A DNA stretch of 60,986 nt, counting the filler, from Syncephalis fuscata S228 (lineage: Eukaryota; Fungi; Zoopagomycota), in the NCBI GenBank assembly GCA_025786725.1. It is 3 parts of 3 records of this genome, joined end to end, with 100 filler letters (N's around TTAATTAATTAA, not from the genome) between each part and the next. Parts side by side here need not be neighbours in the genome. Positions count along the whole stretch, not along the records: positions 1 to 27,176 come from JAHLTZ010000104.1; 2 more parts are not named here. One strand, given 5' to 3'. This document shows positions 14,696 to 27,276 of the stretch, in pieces; the first letter of the stretch is position 1; the number at the start of each line of letters is the position of its first letter. The notes below the pieces were generated by a model that did not search any database, had not been told where the DNA came from, and saw only the letters and a program-made list of their open reading frames with translations. The translations under genes and the position numbers were made by a program.

Positions 14696-16131
14696 ATTGC
14701 AGTTATGTTTTAATGTAGAGTTTGTTTAAAACTGGAATATAAATCAAAATACACGTATCAAATAATGATGTAAAACTTTGGAAAGGTCAACTACGCGAAT
14801 ACTATATTAACAACTCATACATTTATTTAATAAATAGGCTAGCAGACATGGGCGATGTGTCATAGTACATTTGAAACAGCACCATTACGACATGGCTAAT
14901 TGCGCTATGAATGTGTTTCTAAACATTTGGCTTTTTATTAATCATATGTCAGTACATGACCAATTGGCTAGCAGTTGTACAACAAACCAATAAGTGCAAC
15001 TGATTGTCAAGTTTGAAAGATGTGTTGCTGAAACCACCGTTACCGATTGGGAAACGCACTGTGCACACACGCAGTAGCACAGAGTAAGCATTTTGAGAGT
15101 TAGTTTGACCGACATTCATACGCAAATAGTGGGCATATTTTAATAAAGTTTATGCAAAATATCTGGCAATATGGATGCTACTGAAATAAATAAATTATAA
15201 CTACGTATTGAATAGACATAATATTTGTTAGCTGTATGTCGTTACTATAATATAGCAAGTTGTTTAGGAAAGTAGCCAAGTGCTAATGATTGATGCTAAT
15301 GACACTGTGTAACATGCATGGGAATATCAAGTAAATCGGCTTTACAAAAACGTTTGTTTCATAGCTAAGGCCCGAATGTATAGCTTACTGTACACACTTG
15401 CAAATTATTTTCACCAAAGATATTTAAGAATTCAGTGCAAAGTCTTTTATTTCAACTGAGTGTTATTTCAATATCGGTTAATAGCATGCATATCTTATTT
15501 AACTGTAATTTGCTTAGACATATTCCATCAGCTGATGATGATTTAAACAAGACAGCAATCTTGAGATGGTAGTATGCTTATCTTTGTGTTGCGCCATTCT
15601 TTTCACTAGCTTGCATTTTTGCTAGCACTGACATACATATCCATTGAAGAAAGCAATGAAACAAGTTCAAACTGTTTCGTAATTGTATTACCAAGATAGA
15701 TAAGCAAAACCATCATTATTTGTTCATTTACATTAGATTGGTATATTGGTAACGCAATAATCCGTATTCAACCATTTTATTTTTACTGAGTCATTGCACT
15801 GTTCAATTGAACAGATAGCGCTTTGCCTTGCAATGACATTCGCCCTTACTGAAATATACATTTATGTTACACATCACTGCATAGCACGCCTCTCTTTGAG
15901 CTGGCCTATTCTGTTTCTTTTTTCGCTCCGCCTAATGGCTTCAATTCATTGGATAATGCTGAGTGCTTGCTTCTGCACTAAACACACGCGTGTGCCTACA
16001 TAATATATCCCTCATTAAAACACGTAATCTTAACTACGCTTTTTTATTTTACATTTGTTCTTTAACTAATTAGCAGTGAATTCCACTATTCTATATGTTC
16101 ATAAACTACAATGTTTAGTGGAATTCATAGC

Positions 16132-19100
16132 TTTATATAGCACACTGTAACTGCTTGCTTGTGAAGCCATACAATATGCAACTGCTCGGCTTTATTAGAT
16201 AAACTAAAAATGATGGAACGGCGTACAGTTGGATTGAATGTGATCGACGCTCATATTATTTTGGGGATTTAATTAAAGCTGTAGACCATTCTGTTTGTTG
16301 TATGGTGGTGTTTATCTATATACGCTTGGGTGAGCGGTATAATAAGCACCATTCCTTGCCTGTGGGCAATATTAAGTACCATCATGGCAGCATCATTGTT
16401 TTAACAGTTAAAGTGCTATGATGGCACAACATCGATTTATAGTGCTATATTAATGTAGCTTCGATGCTGTTATCTTTAGTTGTCTATGAATGATGATGTA
16501 GTTGTGTTGGCTACCTAATGTCGTGACAGTGTGCTATTGTACCATCATTGTTGCATTTGATTATCTACTCGTATGTGGATGGCCTAGACGGGGTATGGGA
16601 TCAGCGTTATTGGCTGTTCGTTCCAGCTATCTAGTCAATGTATGTCGCCTGGCTGAATAGCTTTTCTGATATTGCTTGAACATAAGCAATGGTAAAACAG
16701 CAACCACGGCACATCATGATTACGATAGCTGGAGACTGTATAGGCCGGCACTGATGGGTGGGAGTTTAGGCCATCAGCATATATCAGATAGTTTATATTT
16801 AGCATTATATTTGGACTATTAAATGGTATTAGATGGCCATCTAGATTTACGAATAATACAACATAATGGCAACTACAAAAGGTAAATATAGTATATTGTG
16901 TTGATTAGTTACTAATACTGAATAACATACATATATTGATTTTATATTAATTTAATGATTTTTATTGCGTTTTTGTTTTTATTTATTTTCTAACTAATTA
17001 CTAGGCATATTACATAGTTCTATACTTTTAACTGTAATTTGAAGCACCTTTAAATATTTATATAGCACACTGTAACTGCTTGCTTGTGAAACCATACAAT
17101 ATGCAACTGCTGGCTTTATTAGATAGATTAAAATGAATGGAGTGCTGGAGCAGTAGTTTGAATCGACCACTGCATAGCATTTTAGCATTTAATTAAAGCT
17201 GTAGACCACTCTGTTTGTTGTATGGTGGTTTTATCTATATACGCTTGGTGAGCGGTATAATAAGCACCATTCCTTGCTTGTGGGCAATATTAAGTACCAT
17301 CATGGCAGCATCATTGTTTTAACAGTTAAAGTGCTATGATGGCACAACATCGATTTATAGTGCTATATTAATGTAGCTTCGATGCTGTTATCTTTAGTTG
17401 TCTATGATGATGATGTAGTTGTGTTGGCTACCTAATGTCGCGACAGTGTGCTATTGTACCATCATTGTTGCATTTGGATTATCTACTTGTATGTGGATGG
17501 CCTAGACGGGGTATGGGATCAGCGTTATTGGCTGTTCGTTCCAGCTATCTAGTCAATGCATGTCGCCTGGCTGAATAGCTTTTCTGATATTGCTTGAAAC
17601 ATAAGCAATGGTAAAACAGCAACCACGGCACATCATGATTACGATAGCTGGATACTGTATAGGCCGGCACTGATGGGTGGGAGTTTAGGCCATCACATAC
17701 ACCAGATAGCTTATATTTAGCATTATATTTGGACTATTAAATGGTATTAAATGGCCATTTAGATTTACGAATAATACAACATAATGGCAACTATAAAAGG
17801 TAAATATAGTATATTGTGTTGATTAGTTACTAATACTGAATAACATACATATATTGATTTTATATTAATTTAATGATTTTATTGCGTTTTTGTTTTTATT
17901 TATTTCTAACTAATTACTAGGCATATTCATAGTTCTATACTTTTTATACTGTAATTTGAAGCACTTTAAATATTTATATAGCACACTGTAACTGCTTGCT
18001 TGTGAAGCATACAATATGCAACTGCTCGGCTTTATTAATAGATTAGAAATGGTGATATTGGAGCAGTTGTTGAAGTCGGCCTACATTCATTTTAGCCATT
18101 TAATAAAGCTGTAGACCACTCTGTTTGTTGTATGGTGGTGTTTATCTATATACGCTTGGGTGAGCGGTATAATAAGCACCATTCCTTGCCTGTGGGCAAT
18201 ATTAAGTACCATCATGGCACATCATTGTTTTAACAGTTAAAGTGCTATGATGGCACAACATCGATTTATATGCTATATTAATGTAGCTTCGATGCTGTTA
18301 TCTTTAGTTGTCTATGATGATGATGTAGTTGTGTTGGCTACCTAATGTCGTGACAGTGTGCTATTGTACCATCATTGTTGCATTTGGATTATCTACTTGT
18401 ATGTGGATGGCCTAGACGGGGTATGGGATCAGCGTTATTGGCTGTTCGTTCCAGCTATCTAGTCAATGCATGTCGCCTGGCTGAATAGCTTTTCTGATAT
18501 TGCTTGAAACATAAGCAATGGTAAAACAGCAACCACGGCACATCATGATTACGATAGCTGAGACTGTATAGGCCGGCACTGATGGGTGGGAGTTTAGCCA
18601 TCACATATACCAGATAGTTATATTTAGCATTATATTTGGACTATTCAATGGTATTAAATGCCATTTAGATTTACGAATAATACAACATAATGGCAACTAT
18701 AAAAGGTAAATATAGTATATTGTGTTGATTAGTTACTAATACTGAATAACATACATATATTGATTTTATATTAAATTTAATGATTTTAATTGCGTTTTTG
18801 TTTTTATTTACTTTCTAACTAACTACTAGGCATATTACATAGTTCTATACTTTTTATACTGTAATTTGAAGCACCTTTAAATATTTATATAGCACACTGT
18901 AACTGCTTGCTTGTGAAGCCATACAATATGCAACTGCTCGGCTTTATTAGATAACTAAAAATGACTTCGACGGGATACAGACATTGAGCGAGATCGCGCA
19001 TAGCATTTTGGCATTTAATTAAAGTGTAGACCATTCTGTTTGTTGTATGGTGTGTTTATCTATATACGCTTGGGTGAGCGGTATAATAAGCACCATTCCT

Positions 19101-20487
19101 TGCCTGTGGGCAATATTAAGTACCATCATGGCAGCATCATTGTTTTAACAGTTAAAGTGCTATGATGGCACAACATCGATTTATAATGCTATATTAATGT
19201 AGCTTCGATGCTGTTATCTTTAGTTGTCTATAATGATGATGTAGTTGTGTTGGCTACCTAATGTCGTGACAGTGTGCTATTGTACCATCATTGTTGCATT
19301 TGGATTATCTACTTGTATGTGGATGGCCTAGACGGGGTATGGGATCAGCGTTATTGGCTGTTCGTTCCAGCTATCTAGTCAATGCATGTCGCCTGGCTGA
19401 ATAGCTTTTCTGATATTGCTTGAAACATAAGCAATGGTAAAACAGCAACCACGGCACATCATAATTACGATAGCTGGATACTGTATAGGCCGCACTGATG
19501 GGTGGGAGTTTAGACCATCAGCATATACCAGATAGCTTATATTTAGCATTATATTTGGACTATTCAATGGTATTAAATGCCATTTAGATTTACGAATAAT
19601 ACAACATAATGGCAACTATAAAAGGTAAATATAGTATATTGTGTTGATTAGTTACTAATACTGAATAACATACATATATTGATTTTATATTAAATTTAAT
19701 GATTTTATTGCGTTTTTGTTTTTATTTACTTTCTAACTAACTACTAGGCATATTACATAGTTCTATACTTTTTATACTGTAATTTGAAGCACCTTTAAAT
19801 ATTTATATAGCACACTGTAACTGCTTGCTTGTGAAGCCATACAATATGCAACTGCTCGGCTTTTATTAGATAAACTAAAAATGACTTCGACGGGATACAG
19901 AACATTGAGCGAGATCGGCGCATAGCATTTTGGGATTTAATTAAAGTTGTAGACCATTCTGTTTGTTTTATGGTGGTGTTTATCTATATACGCTTGGGTG
20001 AGCGGTATAATAAGCACCATTCCTTGCTGTGGGCAATATTAAGTACCATCATGGCAGCATCATTGTTTTAACAGTTAAAGTGCTATGATGGCACAACATC
20101 GATTTATATGCTATATTAATGTAGCTTCGATGCTGTTATCTTTAGTTGTCTATGAATGATGATGTAGTTGTGTTGGCTACCTAATGTCGTGACAGTGTGT
20201 TATTGTACCATCATTGTTGCATTTGGATTATCTACTTGTATGTGGATGGCCTAGACGGGGTATGGGATCAGCGTTATTGGCTGTTCGTTCCAGCTATCTA
20301 GTCAATGCATGTCGCCTGGCTGAATAGCTTTTCTGATATTGCTTAAAGCATAAGCAATGGTAAAACAGCAACCACGGCACATCATGATTACGATAGCTGG
20401 ATACTGTATAGGCCGGCACTGATGGGTGGGAGTTTAGGCCATCAGCATATACAGATAGCTTATGTTTAGCATTATATTTGGACTATT
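16132..20487 (+). repeat. Tandem array of five ~680-nt conserved cores separated by four ~240-nt AT-rich spacers (period 925, 916, 911, 918 nt)
   Basis: Unit starts (ATAGCACACTGTAAC) at 16137, 17062, 17978, 18889 and 19807. Similarity ends at GGACTATT ~20487. Copies are near-identical except one ~40-nt segment. Confidence 0.97.
16137..16820 (+). ncRNA. Putative large structured ncRNA (unit 1 of 5), unknown family
   Basis: No conserved ORF. At least 10 stems read by eye, e.g. 16137-16151 with 16523-16537, GCCATACAATA/TGTTGTATGGT, GGTGTTTAT/ATAAGCACC, CATCATGGCA/TGCTATGATG, ATTGCTT/AAGCAAT and CTGATGG/CCATCAG. Imperfections are mostly G-U on the + strand. Confidence 0.65.
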
Positions 20488-21964
20488 TGATGTTTTGATT
20501 TTGTACAAATCGGCACACAATTACACGATCAGTCTGCTATGCTTCAGCTATCATTTATGCTATGGTTACATATGCCAATCACTTATACAATCGTAATTAC
20601 CAAGTCTAACATGAAAGCACATGTCATATACGTTCATCAACATTATACATATTCTATGACATCAATAGCATTGTACAACAATCAATTGCAACTATTGAGC
20701 ACTTACTACACCAACTACATATGCACCTTCCATTCATTTACTACTATAAATACTATACACATTAAACACAACATTTTTTTATCTTATATCTACTACCTTC
20801 ATTGTCTCATTCATATTGATTTATAGCAGCTATATTTCAGCAATATTTATTTGTATTCATTAACGATATATCACAACTAACATTATAATATAAATAGTAC
20901 TGCAGTATATTAAATGTTTGCTGCAATGAATAGTATATATTAACAAACATCTATTGATACTATGTTATACATATTAATAGTTCAGAAATTAGCAATGCAT
21001 CTTGTTACTTGTAATACTAGTCATTATGTGTATGTCATTGTACAAATATTGTCCAAAATGAAATAGCACTAATTTCACTGTTTGACAGTATTAATAATTA
21101 ATTTTGACTAAATATATTTGCTTTGTTACTTATAAAAACAAGTGTTTAATGATTGTTACTATTGGTTTATCACCGTAGACTTTTGCCACTTTGCATTAAA
21201 TAGAGAATGGTGCTATTTGTTATACATTACATCTGAGCTACCATCTTATTATAAATTATGTACAACATTATTGATCAAATAATAAGCATTTTAGTATAAA
21301 ACTAACACGTATTGATTACAAAAACAGTGATTAACAGTATGTTAGATACATAATATAAATGAGTGCATAGAAATGGCTTGCTTTAAAGCTTTACTAGTAA
21401 CCATCTATTTTATTGTAAAGATACACGTATTTATCAGCGTGAATTGCAAGTGTTTATTATAATTAACTATTTAATTGCAGCATTATCGGTGCTATTTGCA
21501 TGTTTAATATATCTAATTTGATAACATGGTGTTTTTTTTATTATTTCCATCATTATATTACTGCTATAACTTTATTGTCCAGCATGATTATAATAAATAC
21601 TAGACTAAGCCAAGTCTATAACAATGTGGTATTCTTATTATGGCTATTACCTAGTTGTGCAATCATTATAGCCATATTACATTAATCTTTAAACATGGTT
21701 AAATAATACACATGCTAAATATTGAGATAAACTTTTCAATCTAAATGTATAAAATTATAACTATATTAAAATGCATATTATCGCTTATAAAGAATCAAAG
21801 AAAGTTTTATTATTGTGTTAGCACAATTAGCGTGCTGCCTATTTACTAGTTGCGAGCAAAAACGTTTAACAAATCAAATTAAATGTAGTTATCCAGTAGA
21901 TATTGGGGCGATAATCGCATCTATATCTAATAGAAATAGATATATTTGCGACAAATTGCCGCAA

Positions 21965-24367
21965 TTACATACTAACAATTTTATCACTAAATAGATCATT
22001 AATGAATCAATGAACGGTTATTAATTGGCTCAGCACACGTGGTTGTAACAACTTACCGATACTCCGTGATATTATCCATAGTAAGCACAACTAGATCTCG
22101 CTTTGATAGTGGCTGTTTTGTAATAGGACAGGTATTGCGAGGTTCAGAACGAGTTAGACAGCGTACCCAGTTATCGTAGCTTTACGTGTCCATAACCGTA
22201 TAGTTGGCAAATAGTAAGCAATAATTTTAATAGTATTAGTAATGATAGTACTTACCCCATAACATGGCCGTGTGGAGAAATGGCCGGTTTAACAACTTCT
22301 TCTAGGGTAATTGGATCGATATAGCCAGGTAGTGGATTAATAGCACAATTGGCTACACGGCCACCACCGCCACCACTGATCATGGCCTCGGAATAGACGG
22401 ATATATCGTCCAAAGGTGTTGATGCTTCACTGGCTATTTCCGTCGAATGGCCTGTTGCATGCGACGCTGTATTTACCTCGGTAGACTGGGCGGCCATGGT
22501 TACTGCGGCACTACCCGCTGCACGTCGACTAGCCATGGCACGGGCTCGTTTCGTAGTGCCATAGCTTGACGATGAAAAGCTGCGATAATCACCGGAAAAG
22601 TCATCATCGCGTTCACGACCATAAGCCCAATCGCTGTCTGAGTTATCGGTTGAACCGTAGCCATCGTCCGAGTCCCGTTTAGTAACCTGTCGGCGTCGAG
22701 GCCGTTTAGTGGGTGCAGCAGCCGTAGATGCAGCTTTAACTGGCACTTGCGGCACTGCTGTTTCTGTCGATTTCTCCGGCATAAACTCACGGTTCTCTTC
22801 GTCCGAGTCGTCTTGATTTGCCGACCGACGAGCACGTGGTTTGCGCTCCACATAGCCTGAACCATCTCGTCGATGTTTGCAATGGGTACGGAATGTTTTA
22901 CGACCATCCTTTGTACTAAACAAATAGTGTGCCTTGCCCTTGTCATCCAGTACATAGTTAGGATCTTGAATCTTGTTGGTTTCCACTAATTGACGATAAT
23001 AGTTGGAACACTATACACAGTACACATGATTAGTCGATAGTAAATAACAAACAACGTGTACCTACTTGATAGCCAACACGGCCTGGTATAGCGATGGAAA
23101 ACACGCCCCATTGACCATTAGCGCCCATTTCCTTAAGGCGCTGATGAAATAGTTTTTGCTCGTACTATAGCCTACAATTTAGACTATAACCTTCCATCGT
23201 CGTCACTCCTCCTACCTGTGTCCATGGGCCTGTTCTCTGTGGCTCATTGGGAGCATTAAATCGATAATAGTATGAATTGGGATTTTTATCAATCGCCTTC
23301 CAAGCCTTTTTACGCGCCTCAGACCATCCTTCCATTGCAGCATCTGGATTCTCGCGCATCTGTTTAAGCGCATCTTCTAGTCGAAGCCGGCCTACTTTTT
23401 GATATTTCCTATTATTAACGATTAGCCATACAATGTCATACAATAGCATGCCCTCATTACCGGCGTGTCTCATCTGTTACATTCTTCTTCATAGTTGTTG
23501 TACGTTTACGCAACAACTGCTCATACTTTTGACGTTCCTCGCTTGTCATATCATCTTCTGATTCTGTTATTATTTTAGTATTAATATCCATTACTAAATA
23601 AATAAATAAATATGCCGTCTACTTACTAATCTGGTCAATCTTGGGATATTTTTCAGCCAATTCTTTACGTATCATAATCAAATACATAGGCTGTGACAGA
23701 TTAAGAATAAGCTCGTCCTATTATCAATGTCGCCTACATTAGCTTAATTTTACTTATTAATGACTAGCATATAACTTGCCTCATCGTTATCCAACTGCTT
23801 TAGTGCACAGGCCACTTCTTCATTGGTAATATAATCGAATGTTTGTCGTACTTTATCTACTTTGCGACGCAATTCACGACGTTCAAACTCGGCAAACTAA
23901 TAGCAATTATAGTGTTAATGTGTGTACCTTCATCGTTTACGACTTACTTGTTTCTGTTGCAGTGCCACTCGTTGTTGAATAATATCGATTTCATTTTCGG
24001 TCATTTCCTCTGCAAACATGTTACTTTTACGTACAATGCCAATACGTTCACTGTATGTACATTAACTGGTTAACACAATGTATATTTTCCCATTCTAAGC
24101 GTTTTATGTACCTAGCCTCCATCATTTCACGTACACGCTGTGCACTCTCATCCTCAGGTCCTTTGCCATTGCTAGATTCCTCTTCAATTTGCACTACACC
24201 AGACGCTGCTATTTGGTCATTACAGTTCAATTCTGCTTTACGGCCGTCTCGTCGCTGACGTAATAGTTGCTATAACAACAAAGTTAACATTATAAACAAA
24301 TGATCTGTTTTGCGTAATCAATACTTACAAGAATGTTTATAGTTGCTGTCTCCGACATGGCTGCCAT
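21965..24367 (-). CDS. Myb/SANT-domain protein with C-terminal U-box/RING-like domain (multi-exon)
   Basis: NPNSYYYRFNAPNEPQRTGPWT...KLFHQRLKEMGANGQWGVFSIAIPGRVGYQCSNYYRQL is SANT/Myb-like. GYIDPITLEEVVKPAISPHGHVMGYDNWVRCL...TCPITKQPL is U-box-like. Canonical introns; ATG at 24365-24367, stop at 21965-21967. Confidence 0.7.
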
Positions 24368-26201
24368 ACTTGTTTCCGTTATAATAGTGTAGATACACAG
24401 TAATAGTCAGTAGTGTTTGTTAAATAAATAATGCCAACAAAGAAAATTAAAAGAGAAAAAAGGCAACGCGTACACGTCGCGTTTTAAACAAACAAACAAT
24501 TACCACCATTAGGATTAGGATTAGTATAATTAGAATCAGTGTATTATTATTTGTTTATTATTTGTTTATTAATGATGTTTATCAGTTTATTTAAAACTAT
24601 CAAAATTGATTATTAATAGTCCAAGTATTACCCATTTACCCACTTTTATTAATATTTTACTAAAATGATCTCAATATTTGTACACTTTCATAATTACTGT
24701 TACCATTACTATTACTGTAAGTGTATACTACTAGATTTGCATTCGTGGGTAAGTGTACATTTATTATTAACTTTAATGGACTGTTGTTATTGTTGTTATC
24801 AATATGCACATCTGTTCTATGTACACACGTTCAATTGAAGATCCTTACATTTAATTAAAACGCCGCCTTCAATTATTACTCCTTTCTCTCTCTCTCTATG
24901 GTTATATCAATCTATACTGACTCCGCCTCGGACATCTGGCTGTTCCCCGTTGATCAATTGGCAATTTTACAGGCATTTGCATATCTATTTTAATTTAGTC
25001 ATTTGTTGTTACCACCTGTTACTAAATAAATACATCCTTGAATTAACAATATTGCGGTATGACTTTCTGCCTTGTCACTGCCACACGCTTCTTTTCGGAT
25101 CAACCTTTAACAGTAAACCCAGTACAACGTTTTACTACCTTGGCATACTGTCCCTGAACTCAATTATTCACTATCGCCTTTAGTATTGCCACTGCATGGT
25201 TCTCTAACAGCAACACCTTTCTATCTCTTTATTCGATTATTGATTTCCTTTTCCTTGAACGCTTAGAGCTTCTTCTTTCTAAACTTTTTGCGGCAATTCA
25301 CTGCACACCTATATACACACACGCACCAACTACACTCGTTTTCCATTACGACGGTTATTCGTGCTTTTAAGTGTAGATTCACAGTCTTTACTGCGAATCC
25401 ATTTGTGTTTGCACATTCATTTACAAGTCGATATTGGGGCGCCGTTATCGTCTATCTTTCTATCTCCTCTACTAACTCTCTTTCTCAATTTGTGTGTGTG
25501 TGTGTGTATAAGTGTGTGAATGTATGCTTAAAACCACACTCACCACCACCATCGATCTATTTCTCCCTTTCTCCTCTTTCTGACTATTCCCTTCTCACTC
25601 TTGCTCACTTTATTAACAATTTTACCACTGTGCTACTATCACCACTGCATAATTTCCTTTCTTTTCTGTAGTTGTCTCTGAGTGTTTCAACAAGTAATAG
25701 CAATTCTGCAAGCTAATAACTACAACACACCTCATCACTAGCAATAGTAGCAGTAGCTGCAGCAACGACGACGACAATACCAGTAATAACCAGCAGTAGC
25801 GTGGCGCTTGTGTAAGCACGTGTATCGTTCTATGCGGCATACATCATACTGGTCATTCACTACTTACTTGCATCTTCTTTGTCAATTACTTGCCAAGTAA
25901 ACGCGCCAACTTTTCGGTAATAAGTGTAAGTTTTTAATATAAAAACAAACAATAACCACATCTTGTACTTACATTAGCTATTAGGCTGGCTTTTTATTTT
26001 CAGCACTGCCACGAGTTCTACTGTGCTGTATTAGTCTGAACGTGCTCATCATTCTTGGCAGAACGGTGTTAGAGATTCTGCTATACAGTAATCTTGTAAT
26101 TTCAAACGACGGGCCTTGTCGATTAGTGTGCTAGATTGTATTGCTTGCTATTTACCATCATTTTATGCTACAGCCTATCTACATAGCTGCAAGTATATTC
26201 C

Positions 26202-27176
26202 ATGTCACAATCGCGACCAGCCTTGACAGCTGGCACCAACAATACCAGCAATGTAATTGATAGTCAGTCTGTTATTTCATCACAACCCAGTGTATCGTCA
26301 ATGCCTGCATCTGTAATGCAACAGGTAATAGCAGAACGCGATGCTTTACGCGAACAAAATGACCAGCTATGGAAGATTATTGAAAAACAGCGTAGTATTA
26401 TTCAACAATTACAGCTGCGTAATGGCGAGCTTCAAGAGGCGTTAAATAGTTTACAATTGACTGAAGGACAGCAAATTGATATAATTGGCAATGATAGTGC
26501 TGTTAATACAAGTGTAGCAAGTAAACAGAACTTAGTACGACGGCGTTCAGGCTCACTTGACACTGTAAGTGCTATCAGTCGTGGCATGGCTGTTCTATCA
26601 AGAGATGGCACCATACACGAGATGGACGATTCTGAACTGCGCCGGCCGCGGTCCGCATCACCCTCTCCACTTATGCTAAACTCGGTCCCTGTCACCACAC
26701 CACCACATCCGACTGTTACGCCAGCTACTCCGCGTACATCAAAGGATATTGATAGTGTGCGTAAACAAGCACTGCGTGTTGCAGTACCGACACAAGCAAC
26801 AACACAAGGGGATGTGCCATCGTCGCCTTTTAAAGCTTCACCTGATCCGCACGATAGGACTATTTTATCTCGAGCATCTGGTAATACACGTAGTCCTATT
26901 TCACCTTCTGCACGATCATCACCACGTGCATTGGATAGTATGGCTACTCAGGGCGTAGATAGAATTTTGCGCCACCATGGATCGTTGGAAACGGTTCGTT
27001 CACAAGGCCGACCTGCCCAGTCAATACCTTCACCTCGCGGTCAGTCACCACGTCTTCAACAGCAGCATTTTCAAGTAATAGTCCTATATCACCATCCGCT
27101 GTACGCCAACGTTCACTTGAACATTGCCACGTAGCCGTGGTACTTCTCCCACACAAGTGGCCATTCCACGCCACAA
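26202..27176 (+). CDS. 5' part of a coiled-coil + Ser/Pro-rich protein, probably a Bem3-type PX-PH-RhoGAP; truncated by contig end
   Basis: ERDALREQNDQLWKIIEKQR coiled coil recalls the N-terminus of fungal Bem3-like RhoGAPs. The diagnostic domains are not in the window. A probable 5'UTR intron lies at ~25917-25984. Confidence 0.5.
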
Positions 27177-27276
27177 NNNNNNNNNNNNNNNNNNNNNNNN
27201 NNNNNNNNNNNNNNNNNNNNTTAATTAATTAANNNNNNNNNNNNNNNNNNNNNNNNNNNNNNNNNNNNNNNNNNNN
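27177..27276. other. Artificial contig-joining linker (N44-TTAATTAATTAA-N44)
   Basis: All-frame stop palindrome centred in Ns; identical to the second linker. Confidence 0.95.

Noticed and set aside
16740-16800. HDV-like (GGCCGGCA) or hammerhead (CTGATG) ribozyme, or group II domain V, in the array unit
   Set aside because: Only the first few nucleotides match; the required P1/P3 partners, CUGAnGA...GAAA core and domain V geometry are absent.
16132-20487. CRISPR array or RiPP (MSDIN-like) precursor array
   Set aside because: Repeats are ~880 nt, the host is eukaryotic and there are no cas genes. No start-to-stop reading frame through the variable segment is shared by all copies on either strand, although indel errors leave a small doubt.
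24508-24524. ATTAGGATTAGGATTAG as an interstitial telomere
   Set aside because: Three TTAGGA units only, not the TTAGGG seen at the contig end.
27221-27232. TTAATTAATTAA palindrome as a biological site, and synteny across the N runs
   Set aside because: It is a standard concatenation linker repeated identically at 54187-54198; genes on either side are truncated.
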